From assembly GCA_049627085.1 (NCBI GenBank), contig JBMZWX010000005.1, positions 9,395 to 73,394 on the forward strand: a stretch of 64,000 bases of DNA, in the 5' to 3' direction. Both the position numbers and the translations under genes were made by a program. Shown piece after piece: positions 46,407 to 54,551 of the stretch (position 1 is its first letter; every line of letters starts with the position of its first letter). This DNA is from Flavobacteriales bacterium. Its GTDB lineage: Bacteria > Bacteroidota > Bacteroidia > Flavobacteriales_D > Sanyastnellaceae. The notes beneath the pieces are model-generated. The model made no database searches and was not told where the DNA came from. It saw only the letters and a program-made list of their open reading frames with translations.

Positions 46407-46928
46407 TTAATTGGTCTCGGCGGGGTTCACAAACGCCTTGATCTTCAGGATCGTTTGGGCAGGGTCTGTGTTGGCGTTGATGGTGACCGTCTTGGTCTGG
46501 TTGTTCTTCTTCCCCTTGGAGTTGAACTTGACTTCAATCTCACCCTGTGCGCCTGGAGCAATGGGGGTCTTGGGGCACTGAGGCACGGTGCATCCGCAAG
46601 AGCCTTTGCACTTCTCGAGCAAGAGGGGCTCTGAGCCGGTGTTGGTGAAGGAGAACACGTGGGTCACGGCGTCGCCTTCGTCCAAGGTGCCAAAGTCATG
46701 CTCGTACGTGTCGAATACCATGGATGTGGTTGGGCCAGCCGGCGCTTGGGCCGCGTCCTTGGCGGGGTCAAAGGCTTGGGGCTTGGCGTTGACCGCAGGC
46801 GCGGCTGGTGCAGCTCCGTCTGTGCCGGTCATGGGCTTGGACTCCACGGCGGTGTTGCCGCCTTCGTTGCATGAAGCGAATCCGAGCGTCAACGCGGCCA
46901 GAATCACTGTGGTGAATGAAAAACGCAT
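46407..46928 (-). CDS. DUF1573 domain lipoprotein
   Basis: 173 aa with lipobox LGFASC and the HDFGTL...CGCT DUF1573 signature. Confidence 0.88.
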   Translation of the reverse strand: MRFSFTTVILAALTLGFASCNEGGNTAVESKPMTGTDGAAPAAPAVNAKPQAFDPAKDAAQAPAGPTTSMVFDTYEHDFGTLDEGDAVTHVFSFTNTGSEPLLLEKCKGSCGCTVPQCPKTPIAPGAQGEIEVKFNSKGKKNNQTKTVTINANTDPAQTILKIKAFVNPAETN

Positions 46929-46951
46929 GTGTAGAAAGATTGATTTTGAGT

Positions 46952-46959
46952 CAAAAATA
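46952..46959 (-). promoter_or_regulatory. -7 promoter box TATTTTTG upstream of the DUF1573 gene
   Basis: An exact TAnnTTTG on the minus strand, 23 nt upstream of ATG 46928. Confidence 0.5.
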
Positions 46960-46969
46960 CGTGGCCTGC

Positions 46970-48607
46970 TCAGAAGGTCTTGTGGGCCAAGTTCACAGAC
47001 TTGAACGTGCCGTCGTTCAAAACGCGGATGGCCTCTTGGAGGCTCTCGTTCAAGCCGCCAATCACCTTGTAAAACGTCCGGCTGTTGTAGATGTTTCTGC
47101 CGTAGAAGGCCTTCAGCCTCATTTCAATGGCGGGCAACGAGCGAGTCCACTCCGCGTCGTCCACCTCCACGCCCTCCGCCACGACGAAGGTCTTGAAGGC
47201 AGCCATCTCGTCTTGGGTGAAGGCCATGTCCTCCACGAAGTCGTCCTCAGAGGTATGGCGCGCCTCCCAAGCCTCCCGGTCGGCGTCCACCTCGGTGAGG
47301 GCATACCGGCTGCACAACCCTTTGCGCAAAATGCGGCTGAAGGTGGGGGAGTTGAAGGTGGTGTCGATGGGCACGAAGAGATCCGGAAGGATGCCGCCAC
47401 CTCCGAACACAGGACGGCCTTGGATTCGCGTGGCGTGCATCAGGCTGTCGGGCAGTTCCAGGCTGTCCAAGCTGAGCAACTCGCCACGTTCGTACCGTTC
47501 AAACTTTTCCTTGCGGTACGCTTCGACGCCATCGTCGTAGGGCTTTTGGATGCATCGACCTGCCGGGGTGAAGTACTTCTGCACCGTCAAGCGTACGGCG
47601 CTGCCGTCGGGCAGACGCATGGGGCGTTGGACCAAGCCCTTCCCGAAGCTGCGACGCCCCATCACCAAACCGCGGTCCCAATCTTGCACGGCGCCTGACA
47701 CGATTTCACTGGCGCTGGCCGAGGCTTCGTCGATGAGCACGACAAGGCGTCCCTTCTCAAACAAGCCTTTGTATTGGGCGAAGGTGTCTTCGCGTTCAAA
47801 GGCCCGTCCCTCCGTGTAGACAATGAGCTTGTCGTCGCTCAAAAACTCGTCCGACATGGCGATGGCCGTGCGGAGCATGCCGCCGCCGTTGCCTTGCAGG
47901 TCCAGGATGAGGTCCTTCATGCCTTGGTCCTTCAAGTCCACCAACGCTTCTCGGAACTCGTCCATGGTCGTCTTGGCAAACCGGCTGACCTTGATGTACC
48001 CCACCTTGTTGTCCACCATGTGGGCGGCGTCGATGCTGTAAATCGGAATCTTGTCCCGGACGATGTCGAAGGTGATGAGCTCCGGCTCTCCGTCCCGTTT
48101 CACGCCCACCTGCACGACCGTGCCTTTGGGACCCTTCAGGAGCTTCATGACGTCTTTGTTGGTGATGCCAATGCCGGCGACGTTTTCGCCGTCGACTTCC
48201 ACAAACCGATCGCCCGACCGAATGCCGAGGCGTTCAGAAGGGCCGCCGCTGATGGGGGACACCACCATGATCGTGTCTTTGAAGATGTTGAACTGCACCC
48301 CGATGCCTTCGAAGTTGCCGTTGAGGGGCTCGTCCGCCTGCTTGAGCTCCTCCGCCGAGAAATACACCGAATGCGGGTCGAGGTCCTCGAGCATCTTCAC
48401 GATGGCTTGCTCTGTGAGCGCTTGGACGTTCACGCTGTCGACGTACAGCTGGCCGATGTACCGCATGAGGGTCCCAAACTTTTGGGCCGCCTCTTGCGGG
48501 GTCATGTCGTCGGACGCGTCGGTTTGTGCCTGCGAAGAGACGGGTGCGAGCAGCGCCAAGAGCAACGCCCAAAGGGGCAGACGGGAAGTGCAAAAAGAAG
48601 AGGTCAT
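46970..48607 (-). CDS. S41 family C-terminal processing peptidase (PDZ-containing)
   Basis: Start trimmed to ATG 48607 (MTSSFCTSRLPLWALLLALL). It has a PDZ domain (GIRSGDRFVEVDG) plus LDLQGNGGG and SASASE catalytic blocks. Confidence 0.92.
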   Translation of the reverse strand: MTSSFCTSRLPLWALLLALLAPVSSQAQTDASDDMTPQEAAQKFGTLMRYIGQLYVDSVNVQALTEQAIVKMLEDLDPHSVYFSAEELKQADEPLNGNFEGIGVQFNIFKDTIMVVSPISGGPSERLGIRSGDRFVEVDGENVAGIGITNKDVMKLLKGPKGTVVQVGVKRDGEPELITFDIVRDKIPIYSIDAAHMVDNKVGYIKVSRFAKTTMDEFREALVDLKDQGMKDLILDLQGNGGGMLRTAIAMSDEFLSDDKLIVYTEGRAFEREDTFAQYKGLFEKGRLVVLIDEASASASEIVSGAVQDWDRGLVMGRRSFGKGLVQRPMRLPDGSAVRLTVQKYFTPAGRCIQKPYDDGVEAYRKEKFERYERGELLSLDSLELPDSLMHATRIQGRPVFGGGGILPDLFVPIDTTFNSPTFSRILRKGLCSRYALTEVDADREAWEARHTSEDDFVEDMAFTQDEMAAFKTFVVAEGVEVDDAEWTRSLPAIEMRLKAFYGRNIYNSRTFYKVIGGLNESLQEAIRVLNDGTFKSVNLAHKTF

Positions 48608-48645
48608 GGGTTCGTGAAAATACAGGATAGAAGCGCAAGTGAGGG

Positions 48646-48653
48646 TATCTTGG
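48646..48653 (+). promoter_or_regulatory. Candidate -7 box variant TATCTTGG, 5 nt from the protease ATG
   Basis: TATCTTGG-gagcc-ATG(48659). Confidence 0.3.
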
Positions 48654-48658
48654 GAGCC

Positions 48659-50368
48659 ATGATTGCACAGGGAATTGAAGGAATTTGGCAAACCGCAAAA
48701 TTCGCGGTGGGCTTGGCGTTGGGGCTGGTGGTTTGCAGCGGGACATGGGCCCAGGCGGAACTGGTGGTGAACACCCCGAATCTGTCGGAAGCGACCGCCA
48801 AGATGGAGGACCGTTCGGAGAAGGAGGGCAGGGACATGGTCGGCATCGTGCTGCCCGCCCAGGCCGATTTTTTTGAGTTGGCCGACCGCGCCGTCAGCGG
48901 TGGCCACGAGGAGTGGATCTTGACCGTGCGGGCGGAAGGCGCTGTGGGGGTGAACGTGTACTTCGACGCGTTCCATGTGCCGGCTGGCGCCGAGTTGTAC
49001 TTCTCCACGCCAGAGTCCAAATTCGAGGAACCTTGGGTGAACGGCCCCATCACCTCCATCGAGAACAACGAACACGGCCGTTGGGTCAACCGCGACGTCC
49101 CCGGGGACGAGGTGGTCATGACATACCGCGCCCCATTGGGGCTCACCGAGGCCGCGACCTTGCAGATTTCTGGCGTTGGGTACTTCGCCCGCCACATGCG
49201 TTACCCCGAGCCTTGGGCCTCGGCTGTCGAGCGTGGCGGGGCAGACGAGTGTCAGGTGAACGTGAACTGCCCGGAAGGCGACAGCTGGGAGTGCGAGAAA
49301 TCGGCCGTTGTCCGGTTGCAAATCACCCAGAACGGTGGGGTCTACTTCTGCTCAGGCTCCATGGTCAACAACACCGCCCTGGATTGCCGACAGCTGTTGC
49401 TGAGCTCCTTCCACTGCGTCAACGACGTGGACGAGGACGAGTGGGCCTTCCTCCAGGTGCGTTTCAACTACCAAGGGGCAGCGTGCGCCTCCACGTCGTC
49501 CACGTTTGCCCCCCAACGCACGGGGGTGATTCATCTGGGCGACAGCAACGACATCGCAGGCAACGGCAACATCAGCGGAAGCGACTTTGTGTTGGTGGAG
49601 GTGGAAGACAACATCCCCGACTCGTGGAACCCGTTCTTTGCAGGGTGGGACGCCACAGGGTTTGGTGGCAACGAGGGGGTGGGCATCCACCACCCGTCCG
49701 GCGACCTGAAAAAGATCAGCAGCTTCAGCAATTCGCTGTCCAACAGCAACGCCTACGCCATTGGCGCACACTGGCGCGTGACGTGGTCGCCCACGGAGAC
49801 GAACCACGGCGTGACGGAAGGAGGGTCGTCAGGTTCTCCCATTTTCGATGAGAACCACCGGATTTTGGGCACGCTGACTGGTGGGGCGTCGTTCTGCTCG
49901 TCGCCCTACGCCCCAGACTACTACGGGAAGATGAGCTACCACTGGGACGGCAGCAACCCCACGCCGGCCAGCCAAAAGTTGAACGTCTTGTTGGACCCGG
50001 CGGGCACAGGCGAAGAGCGTTTGGCCGGCAGTTACCGCAATGTGGCGGAGGACGGCACCGTGACGTGCGACGCGTTTGACGCGTGCGAAGCCACCGCGGT
50101 GGAAGACGCGTTCTTGTCGGGCTTGACGGTGGCGCCCAACCCCACGATGGGTCGCATCGACGTGCACATCCCCGAGGGCCACGCCTTGGTCAAAGTGCAG
50201 ATCTTCGACGCCATGGGTCGCATGTTGGAGGTTCGGGAAGGGGCTGCTGTGCTTGGACGCTTGTCGCTGGATTTGCAGGCGTGGGGCGAGGGCATGCGCT
50301 ACCTCACGTTGACCTCAGGGGAGGGCTGGAGCACCACCCGCAAGGTGCTCGTCAGCGGAGCCAAGTGA
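48659..50368 (+). CDS. Lysyl-endopeptidase-like S1 serine protease with T9SS type-A sorting domain
   Basis: Start trimmed to ATG 48659. It has triad contexts SSFHCVND, SDFVLVEV and TEGGSSGSPIF. From memory, the tail ...LGTLTGGASFC...LLDPAGTG is collinear with Achromobacter protease I. The C-terminus (APNPTMGRIDV...RKVLVSGAK) is CTD-like. Confidence 0.85.
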   Translation: MIAQGIEGIWQTAKFAVGLALGLVVCSGTWAQAELVVNTPNLSEATAKMEDRSEKEGRDMVGIVLPAQADFFELADRAVSGGHEEWILTVRAEGAVGVNVYFDAFHVPAGAELYFSTPESKFEEPWVNGPITSIENNEHGRWVNRDVPGDEVVMTYRAPLGLTEAATLQISGVGYFARHMRYPEPWASAVERGGADECQVNVNCPEGDSWECEKSAVVRLQITQNGGVYFCSGSMVNNTALDCRQLLLSSFHCVNDVDEDEWAFLQVRFNYQGAACASTSSTFAPQRTGVIHLGDSNDIAGNGNISGSDFVLVEVEDNIPDSWNPFFAGWDATGFGGNEGVGIHHPSGDLKKISSFSNSLSNSNAYAIGAHWRVTWSPTETNHGVTEGGSSGSPIFDENHRILGTLTGGASFCSSPYAPDYYGKMSYHWDGSNPTPASQKLNVLLDPAGTGEERLAGSYRNVAEDGTVTCDAFDACEATAVEDAFLSGLTVAPNPTMGRIDVHIPEGHALVKVQIFDAMGRMLEVREGAAVLGRLSLDLQAWGEGMRYLTLTSGEGWSTTRKVLVSGAK

Positions 50369-52445
50369 GTTGGTTGCGCTTCACGCGCGTCTTGAAGGCC
50401 CCAAACATCACCGTCACGTGGTCGCCTTGCACGGCCACCACGTCCCCGCGTTCCTGACCGGTTCGAAGCCGCACGAGGGAGCCGACAACAATCTTGTCCG
50501 ATTGGTGGTTGGGGCGTCGCTTCGCGGCTTTGGCCTTGGCTTTCTTGGAGGGGTTCTCGGCCTTGGCTTTTTCCTTGGCCAAGTAGGTTTTCACTTCTTC
50601 CAGGAGGGCCTTGTTGGCTTTGCCTGATTCAAATCGATCTACAAATTGGCTGAGCTTGGTGCCACGAACCCGTGCCGTGTTGAGCTGGTCAAATTGGTCG
50701 TTCAGGTTGCGTTCCTTGTCCTCCAGGGCGGACTGCAGGCGCTCCGCCTCAGCCGTGGCCTTTTCAGCCTCGAGTTCCGCACGCAATTGACGGTTGGTGA
50801 GCTTGGCCAGCTTGGACTTCTCCTTGTGCAGGTCGCCCAACAACCCGTCCAATTCCACACGACGTTTGTCCAGCTTGCCTTTGGCGCGCTCAATCAAGGC
50901 GCTGGCGATGCCGTTGATCTCCGCCACTTCAAAGGTGAACGACGACCCAGGTTGCCCCACTTCCAATTGGTACATGGGGGCGAGGGATTCACGGTTGAAG
51001 AGCATGCTGCCGTTGAAGGCCTCGGGCAATTTCGCCGCCCGGGTTTTGATGTTGGCGTAGTGCGTGGTGACCACCCCAAAGCACCCCTTGTCGTACAGCT
51101 CCTCGAAGAACACTTCCGCCAGCGCCCCGCCAAGTTCGGGGTCCGACCCCGTGCCAAATTCGTCCAGGAGCAACAACGAACGTGGGCCGCTCACCCCCAA
51201 GAAGTGCTTCATCCTTCCCAGTCGGTAACTGTATGTTGAAAGCTGGTTTTCAATGCTTTGATGGTCGCCTATGTCTGGGAGTATCGAATCAAAGATGCCG
51301 ACTTCGGAGGCGTTGTGACACGGGACGAGGAGGCCGCTTTGAATCATCATTTGCAACAGCCCCACGGTCTTCATGGTGATGCTTTTGCCCCCCGCGTTGG
51401 GGCCGCTGATGACGAGCATCCGTTGCTTGCGATGGAGCTCAACATGCTGCGGATACGTCTCCTTGCCAGCCAGCCGGTTGGTCATTTGCAGCAGGGGGTG
51501 GTATGCCGACAACAAATGAAGTCCGGGTTTCTTTCGAATCTGTGGCAGGCTGCCCTCGAGTTTGGAGGCCAGCCTGGCGCGCGTGGCGATCCAATCGAGT
51601 TCTGTCAACCCGCGTTGGTAGCCCTTGATTTGGGGCAGGTGTCTGCGGATGTTGCGCGTCAACACGCGCAGGATGTTTCGGATTTCCTTTCGCTCGTCGT
51701 CCTTGAGCATTTCCAGCTCGTGGTTGAGCGGGATGCAAGTGCCAGGCTCGATGAACGTGACCGAGCCCGTGTTGGACGACCCCAAGACGGCGCCGTTGAC
51801 CTGGCGCTTGTAGCTGCTCAACACGGCCAGGGCCCGCCGCTCCTGCACAAAGCCTTCTCGGATGTCGGCCAGGAAGCCGCGGTCTTGCACGTGCTTCATT
51901 GCCCGCAGGAAGGACCGGTTGATTTTGCGGCGCACCGCAGTCAAGTCCGCCCGTATGGCTTCGAGCTCCGGCGACGCGTTGTCTCGGATGTGGCCCTTGG
52001 CGTCGAAGACTGCGTCGATGGCTTCGATCAGCTCGGTGCTGGGTTCTTGGCCCTCGACCACCGCTTCCAGTCGCGGCCAGGGCATGTCGCTTTCTGCCAA
52101 GACGGCCAACACCTGGTTCATGATGCGCGATGCGGTGGAGATGCGTCGGAATCCGGTTTCATCCAGCACGCTGTCGCGCACGCCGAGGAGCTTGATCTCC
52201 CGCTTGAGTTCATCGAATTCCAGCATGGGCCATCCCGTTCCGCCAGACCGAATGCGCTGCATTTCGTCGGTTTCTTGGAGCGTTCGAATGACCCAAGTCC
52301 TGTCCTTGCTCGGCGTCAAGGTGCTTGCGCGCTTTTCGCTGCTTTCGCATCCCGCCAATTCCCGCAACAATTCGCGGATGACGTCGAATTCGAGGTCCTC
52401 TGCGACCCGCTCGTCGAAGTGGTCGATGTGTGCGCCGGGCTTCAT
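50352..52445 (-). CDS. mutS2: Endonuclease MutS2 (Smr domain)
   Basis: 697 aa with Walker A GPNAGGKS, the DEFGTGSDP block and a C-terminal Smr-like domain. Its ATG overlaps the miaA stop by 1 nt (TGATG). Confidence 0.95.
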   Translation of the reverse strand: MKPGAHIDHFDERVAEDLEFDVIRELLRELAGCESSEKRASTLTPSKDRTWVIRTLQETDEMQRIRSGGTGWPMLEFDELKREIKLLGVRDSVLDETGFRRISTASRIMNQVLAVLAESDMPWPRLEAVVEGQEPSTELIEAIDAVFDAKGHIRDNASPELEAIRADLTAVRRKINRSFLRAMKHVQDRGFLADIREGFVQERRALAVLSSYKRQVNGAVLGSSNTGSVTFIEPGTCIPLNHELEMLKDDERKEIRNILRVLTRNIRRHLPQIKGYQRGLTELDWIATRARLASKLEGSLPQIRKKPGLHLLSAYHPLLQMTNRLAGKETYPQHVELHRKQRMLVISGPNAGGKSITMKTVGLLQMMIQSGLLVPCHNASEVGIFDSILPDIGDHQSIENQLSTYSYRLGRMKHFLGVSGPRSLLLLDEFGTGSDPELGGALAEVFFEELYDKGCFGVVTTHYANIKTRAAKLPEAFNGSMLFNRESLAPMYQLEVGQPGSSFTFEVAEINGIASALIERAKGKLDKRRVELDGLLGDLHKEKSKLAKLTNRQLRAELEAEKATAEAERLQSALEDKERNLNDQFDQLNTARVRGTKLSQFVDRFESGKANKALLEEVKTYLAKEKAKAENPSKKAKAKAAKRRPNHQSDKIVVGSLVRLRTGQERGDVVAVQGDHVTVMFGAFKTRVKRNQLTWLR

Positions 52446-53380
52446 CAGAAACCAGAATGGTTCAAGGCCTTGACTTGTTCAACGCCGAAGGCCACAGCTT
52501 TTTTCATTTGGGCTTCCCGCGTGTCGGCATTGTAGTCAAACCAGGTCGTGGCGGGGTCTTTTTTGAACCAGGTCATCTGCCGCTTGGCAAACTGACGGGT
52601 CCGCGTCACAATCCATTCGACCGCCTCGTCCAAGGAACACGTGCCGTCGAGGTGTTCGAAGAGCTCCTTGTACCCCACGGTGTTCAAGGCGTTTTCGTGG
52701 CGGTGGGGGAGCAGGGCGCGGGCTTCCTCCAGCCATCCTGCCTCCATCATGAGGTGGGCGCGCCTGGCGATGCGTTCCCGCAATTCGCTGCGCTCTGGGT
52801 TCAGTCCGATGGACACCACGCGCCACGGACGTGGCTTGGGTTCGCCATGGTGAAAGGAGCTGAACGGCTTTCCTGAGGTGAGGCACACCTCCAGGGCACG
52901 CACGACGCGCTGCGGGTTGGACGTGTCGATGCGTTCAGCGTGGGTGGGGTCCAGGGTCCGGAGCTCGTCCATGAGCGGCGTCAAGCCCTCTTCTTTGAGC
53001 CGTCCATTCAACGCGGTGCGCACGGCCAAATCTGCCGGCAATGGGTCCAATCCTCGAAGCGCAGCTTCCACGTACATGCCAGACCCCCCGGCGAGCACCG
53101 CGCTTCCACGTTCGGCGCACAGTTGGGACAGCACGGGCACAGCTAGCGCTTCAAACGCCCCGGCGCTGAACAGTTCAGAAGGAGGGAGGAAGTCGACGAA
53201 ATGGTGCTTGGCCCCGGTCAGCTCTTCCGCGGAAGGGTGGGCCGTGCCGATGGCCATGCCTTGGTAGACCTGACGGGCGTCCGCATTCACAATCTCGGTT
53301 TGGAGGTGTTGGGCCAAGGCGACCGCCAATTCGGTTTTGCCCGAGGCCGTGGGCCCCACGATGCTGACCACCACCCCCAT
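52445..53380 (-). CDS. miaA: tRNA dimethylallyltransferase
   Basis: 311 aa with P-loop GPTASGKT and the QVYQGMAIGTA block. Confidence 0.95.
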   Translation of the reverse strand: MGVVVSIVGPTASGKTELAVALAQHLQTEIVNADARQVYQGMAIGTAHPSAEELTGAKHHFVDFLPPSELFSAGAFEALAVPVLSQLCAERGSAVLAGGSGMYVEAALRGLDPLPADLAVRTALNGRLKEEGLTPLMDELRTLDPTHAERIDTSNPQRVVRALEVCLTSGKPFSSFHHGEPKPRPWRVVSIGLNPERSELRERIARRAHLMMEAGWLEEARALLPHRHENALNTVGYKELFEHLDGTCSLDEAVEWIVTRTRQFAKRQMTWFKKDPATTWFDYNADTREAQMKKAVAFGVEQVKALNHSGF

Positions 53381-53383
53381 GGG

Positions 53384-53977
53384 TCAAATCAACCCGTCGA
53401 GGTCGTCGATGGACAAGTGCTCGCCCCCAAAATCGTCGTCGTCGTCATCGTCGTCGAGGTACGCGTCGATCTCGGGGTCGCCCGTCCGGGTGGGTTTGCT
53501 GTCGTCCTCGCCCAAGTCGAAATCCATGTCGTCCAGCAACTCGCCGTCCTTGCTGTCGAAGGCGGGCGGGGTTCCGAATTCGTGACACAGCGCGGGGTAG
53601 GCCCCGTCGGGCTTGGCGTCTTCCAGCGACACGGGCTCCACGTAGAAGCACCACATGCGCAAGAAGTCGTAGACGTAGATGGCGCGGCTCGCCAACGACG
53701 GCACGAGGTCGCCCACCGTCCGTTGGGTCATGGCCTCATCCGGTTGGTCGCCTGGCTCGGCCATGGGGTCGCTCATGTCCATCAGCGGAAATTCCTGACC
53801 GCGCGACCAGGATTCGTCGCTTTGGTAGAACGACGCCATCTCACCGGCCTCCCATCCAAACGCATCCAGCACTGCGAAATGCAGGTGCATCAAGGGGGCG
53901 TCGGTTTGGATTTCGATGTCCCGAAACACGTCTTCTTCCGTGTCCAAAATGACACGCAACCTGAGGATCTGCGCCAT
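53384..53977 (-). CDS. pRiA4b ORF-3-like (PF07929-type) protein with a poly-Asp C-terminal tail
   Basis: Start trimmed to ATG 53977 (MAQILRLRVILDTEEDVFRDIEI...LHFAVLDAFGW...YVYDF). A run of eight Asp is encoded at 53432-53455. The gene ends 3 nt before the miaA start. Confidence 0.78.
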   Translation of the reverse strand: MAQILRLRVILDTEEDVFRDIEIQTDAPLMHLHFAVLDAFGWEAGEMASFYQSDESWSRGQEFPLMDMSDPMAEPGDQPDEAMTQRTVGDLVPSLASRAIYVYDFLRMWCFYVEPVSLEDAKPDGAYPALCHEFGTPPAFDSKDGELLDDMDFDLGEDDSKPTRTGDPEIDAYLDDDDDDDDFGGEHLSIDDLDGLI

Positions 53978-53981
53978 GCCA

Positions 53982-53989
53982 CGAAGGTA
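53982..53989 (-). promoter_or_regulatory. -7 box variant TACCTTCG, 4 nt from the PF07929-like gene ATG (leaderless candidate)
   Basis: The minus strand reads GTACCTTCG-tggc-ATG(53977). Confidence 0.45.
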
Positions 53990-54003
53990 CGCCCGGTGTG
54001 GAG

Positions 54004-54011
54004 TAGTTTTG
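54004..54011 (+). promoter_or_regulatory. -7 promoter box TAGTTTTG, 5 nt from ATG 54017 (leaderless candidate)
   Basis: An exact TAnnTTTG: TAGTTTTG-ccgtc-ATG. It is back-to-back with the box at 53982-53989 in a 39-bp intergenic region. Confidence 0.55.
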
Positions 54012-54016
54012 CCGTC

Positions 54017-54550
54017 ATGATCACCCGACTTCTCAAGATTCTCGTGGCTGCCGCATCGGTCGCGTACACCGTGTTGTTGTACACCCAGGGCAGCTGGGGA
54101 TCGGCCATCGGCATGACGCTCTTGTCCATTGTGCTGGTGTTGGTCAACTTGCGGAGTGTGCGGTTGGTCGTGGCGTTCGCCAACCTGCGCATGCAGCGCA
54201 TGGAGGATGCTGTGAAGTGGTTGAACCGCATCAAGCCGGCGCAACTGTGGCCTGGCCAGCGCGGCTACTACCACTTCCTGTTGGGCAGCGTCACCATGCA
54301 GCACAATTTGATCGAAGCGGAAGCCAACCTGCGCAAGGCTCTGAGTCTGGGTCTTCGTCAGGACCACGACAAGGCGGCTGTGAAGCTGAATTTGGCGGTG
54401 TGCTTGAGCGCCAAACAAGACCGCAAGCGCGCCATGGTGATGATTCAAGAGGCCAAGCGCCTCGACACCAAGGGCATGCTCAAGGGCGACATCAAGCAAG
54501 TCGAGGCGATGATCAAGAACCCTCGCGTCGTGCAACGCGCCCGCCGCTGA
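54017..54550 (+). CDS. Two-TM membrane protein with helical (TPR-like) C-terminal half
   Basis: Start trimmed to ATG 54017 (MITRLLKILVAAASVAYTVLLY). There are two hydrophobic helices followed by an amphipathic helical region. I recognise no family. Confidence 0.6.
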   Translation: MITRLLKILVAAASVAYTVLLYTQGSWGSAIGMTLLSIVLVLVNLRSVRLVVAFANLRMQRMEDAVKWLNRIKPAQLWPGQRGYYHFLLGSVTMQHNLIEAEANLRKALSLGLRQDHDKAAVKLNLAVCLSAKQDRKRAMVMIQEAKRLDTKGMLKGDIKQVEAMIKNPRVVQRARR

Positions 54551-54551
54551 T

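Noticed and set aside
47774-49321. Overlapping long ORF extensions on both strands around 48607-48659 (track ORFs 47774-50368 and 46970-49321)
   Set aside because: Each is an upstream read-through of a real gene into its divergent neighbour. The true starts are ATG 48607 (S41 peptidase) and ATG 48659 (S1 protease), and both give signal peptides.
53384-53977. PF07929 'plasmid/IS passenger' family gene, considered as a sign of a mobile element
   Set aside because: There is no transposase, integrase, inverted repeats, tRNA target or visible compositional break. The gene is embedded in a miaA-mutS2 operon.
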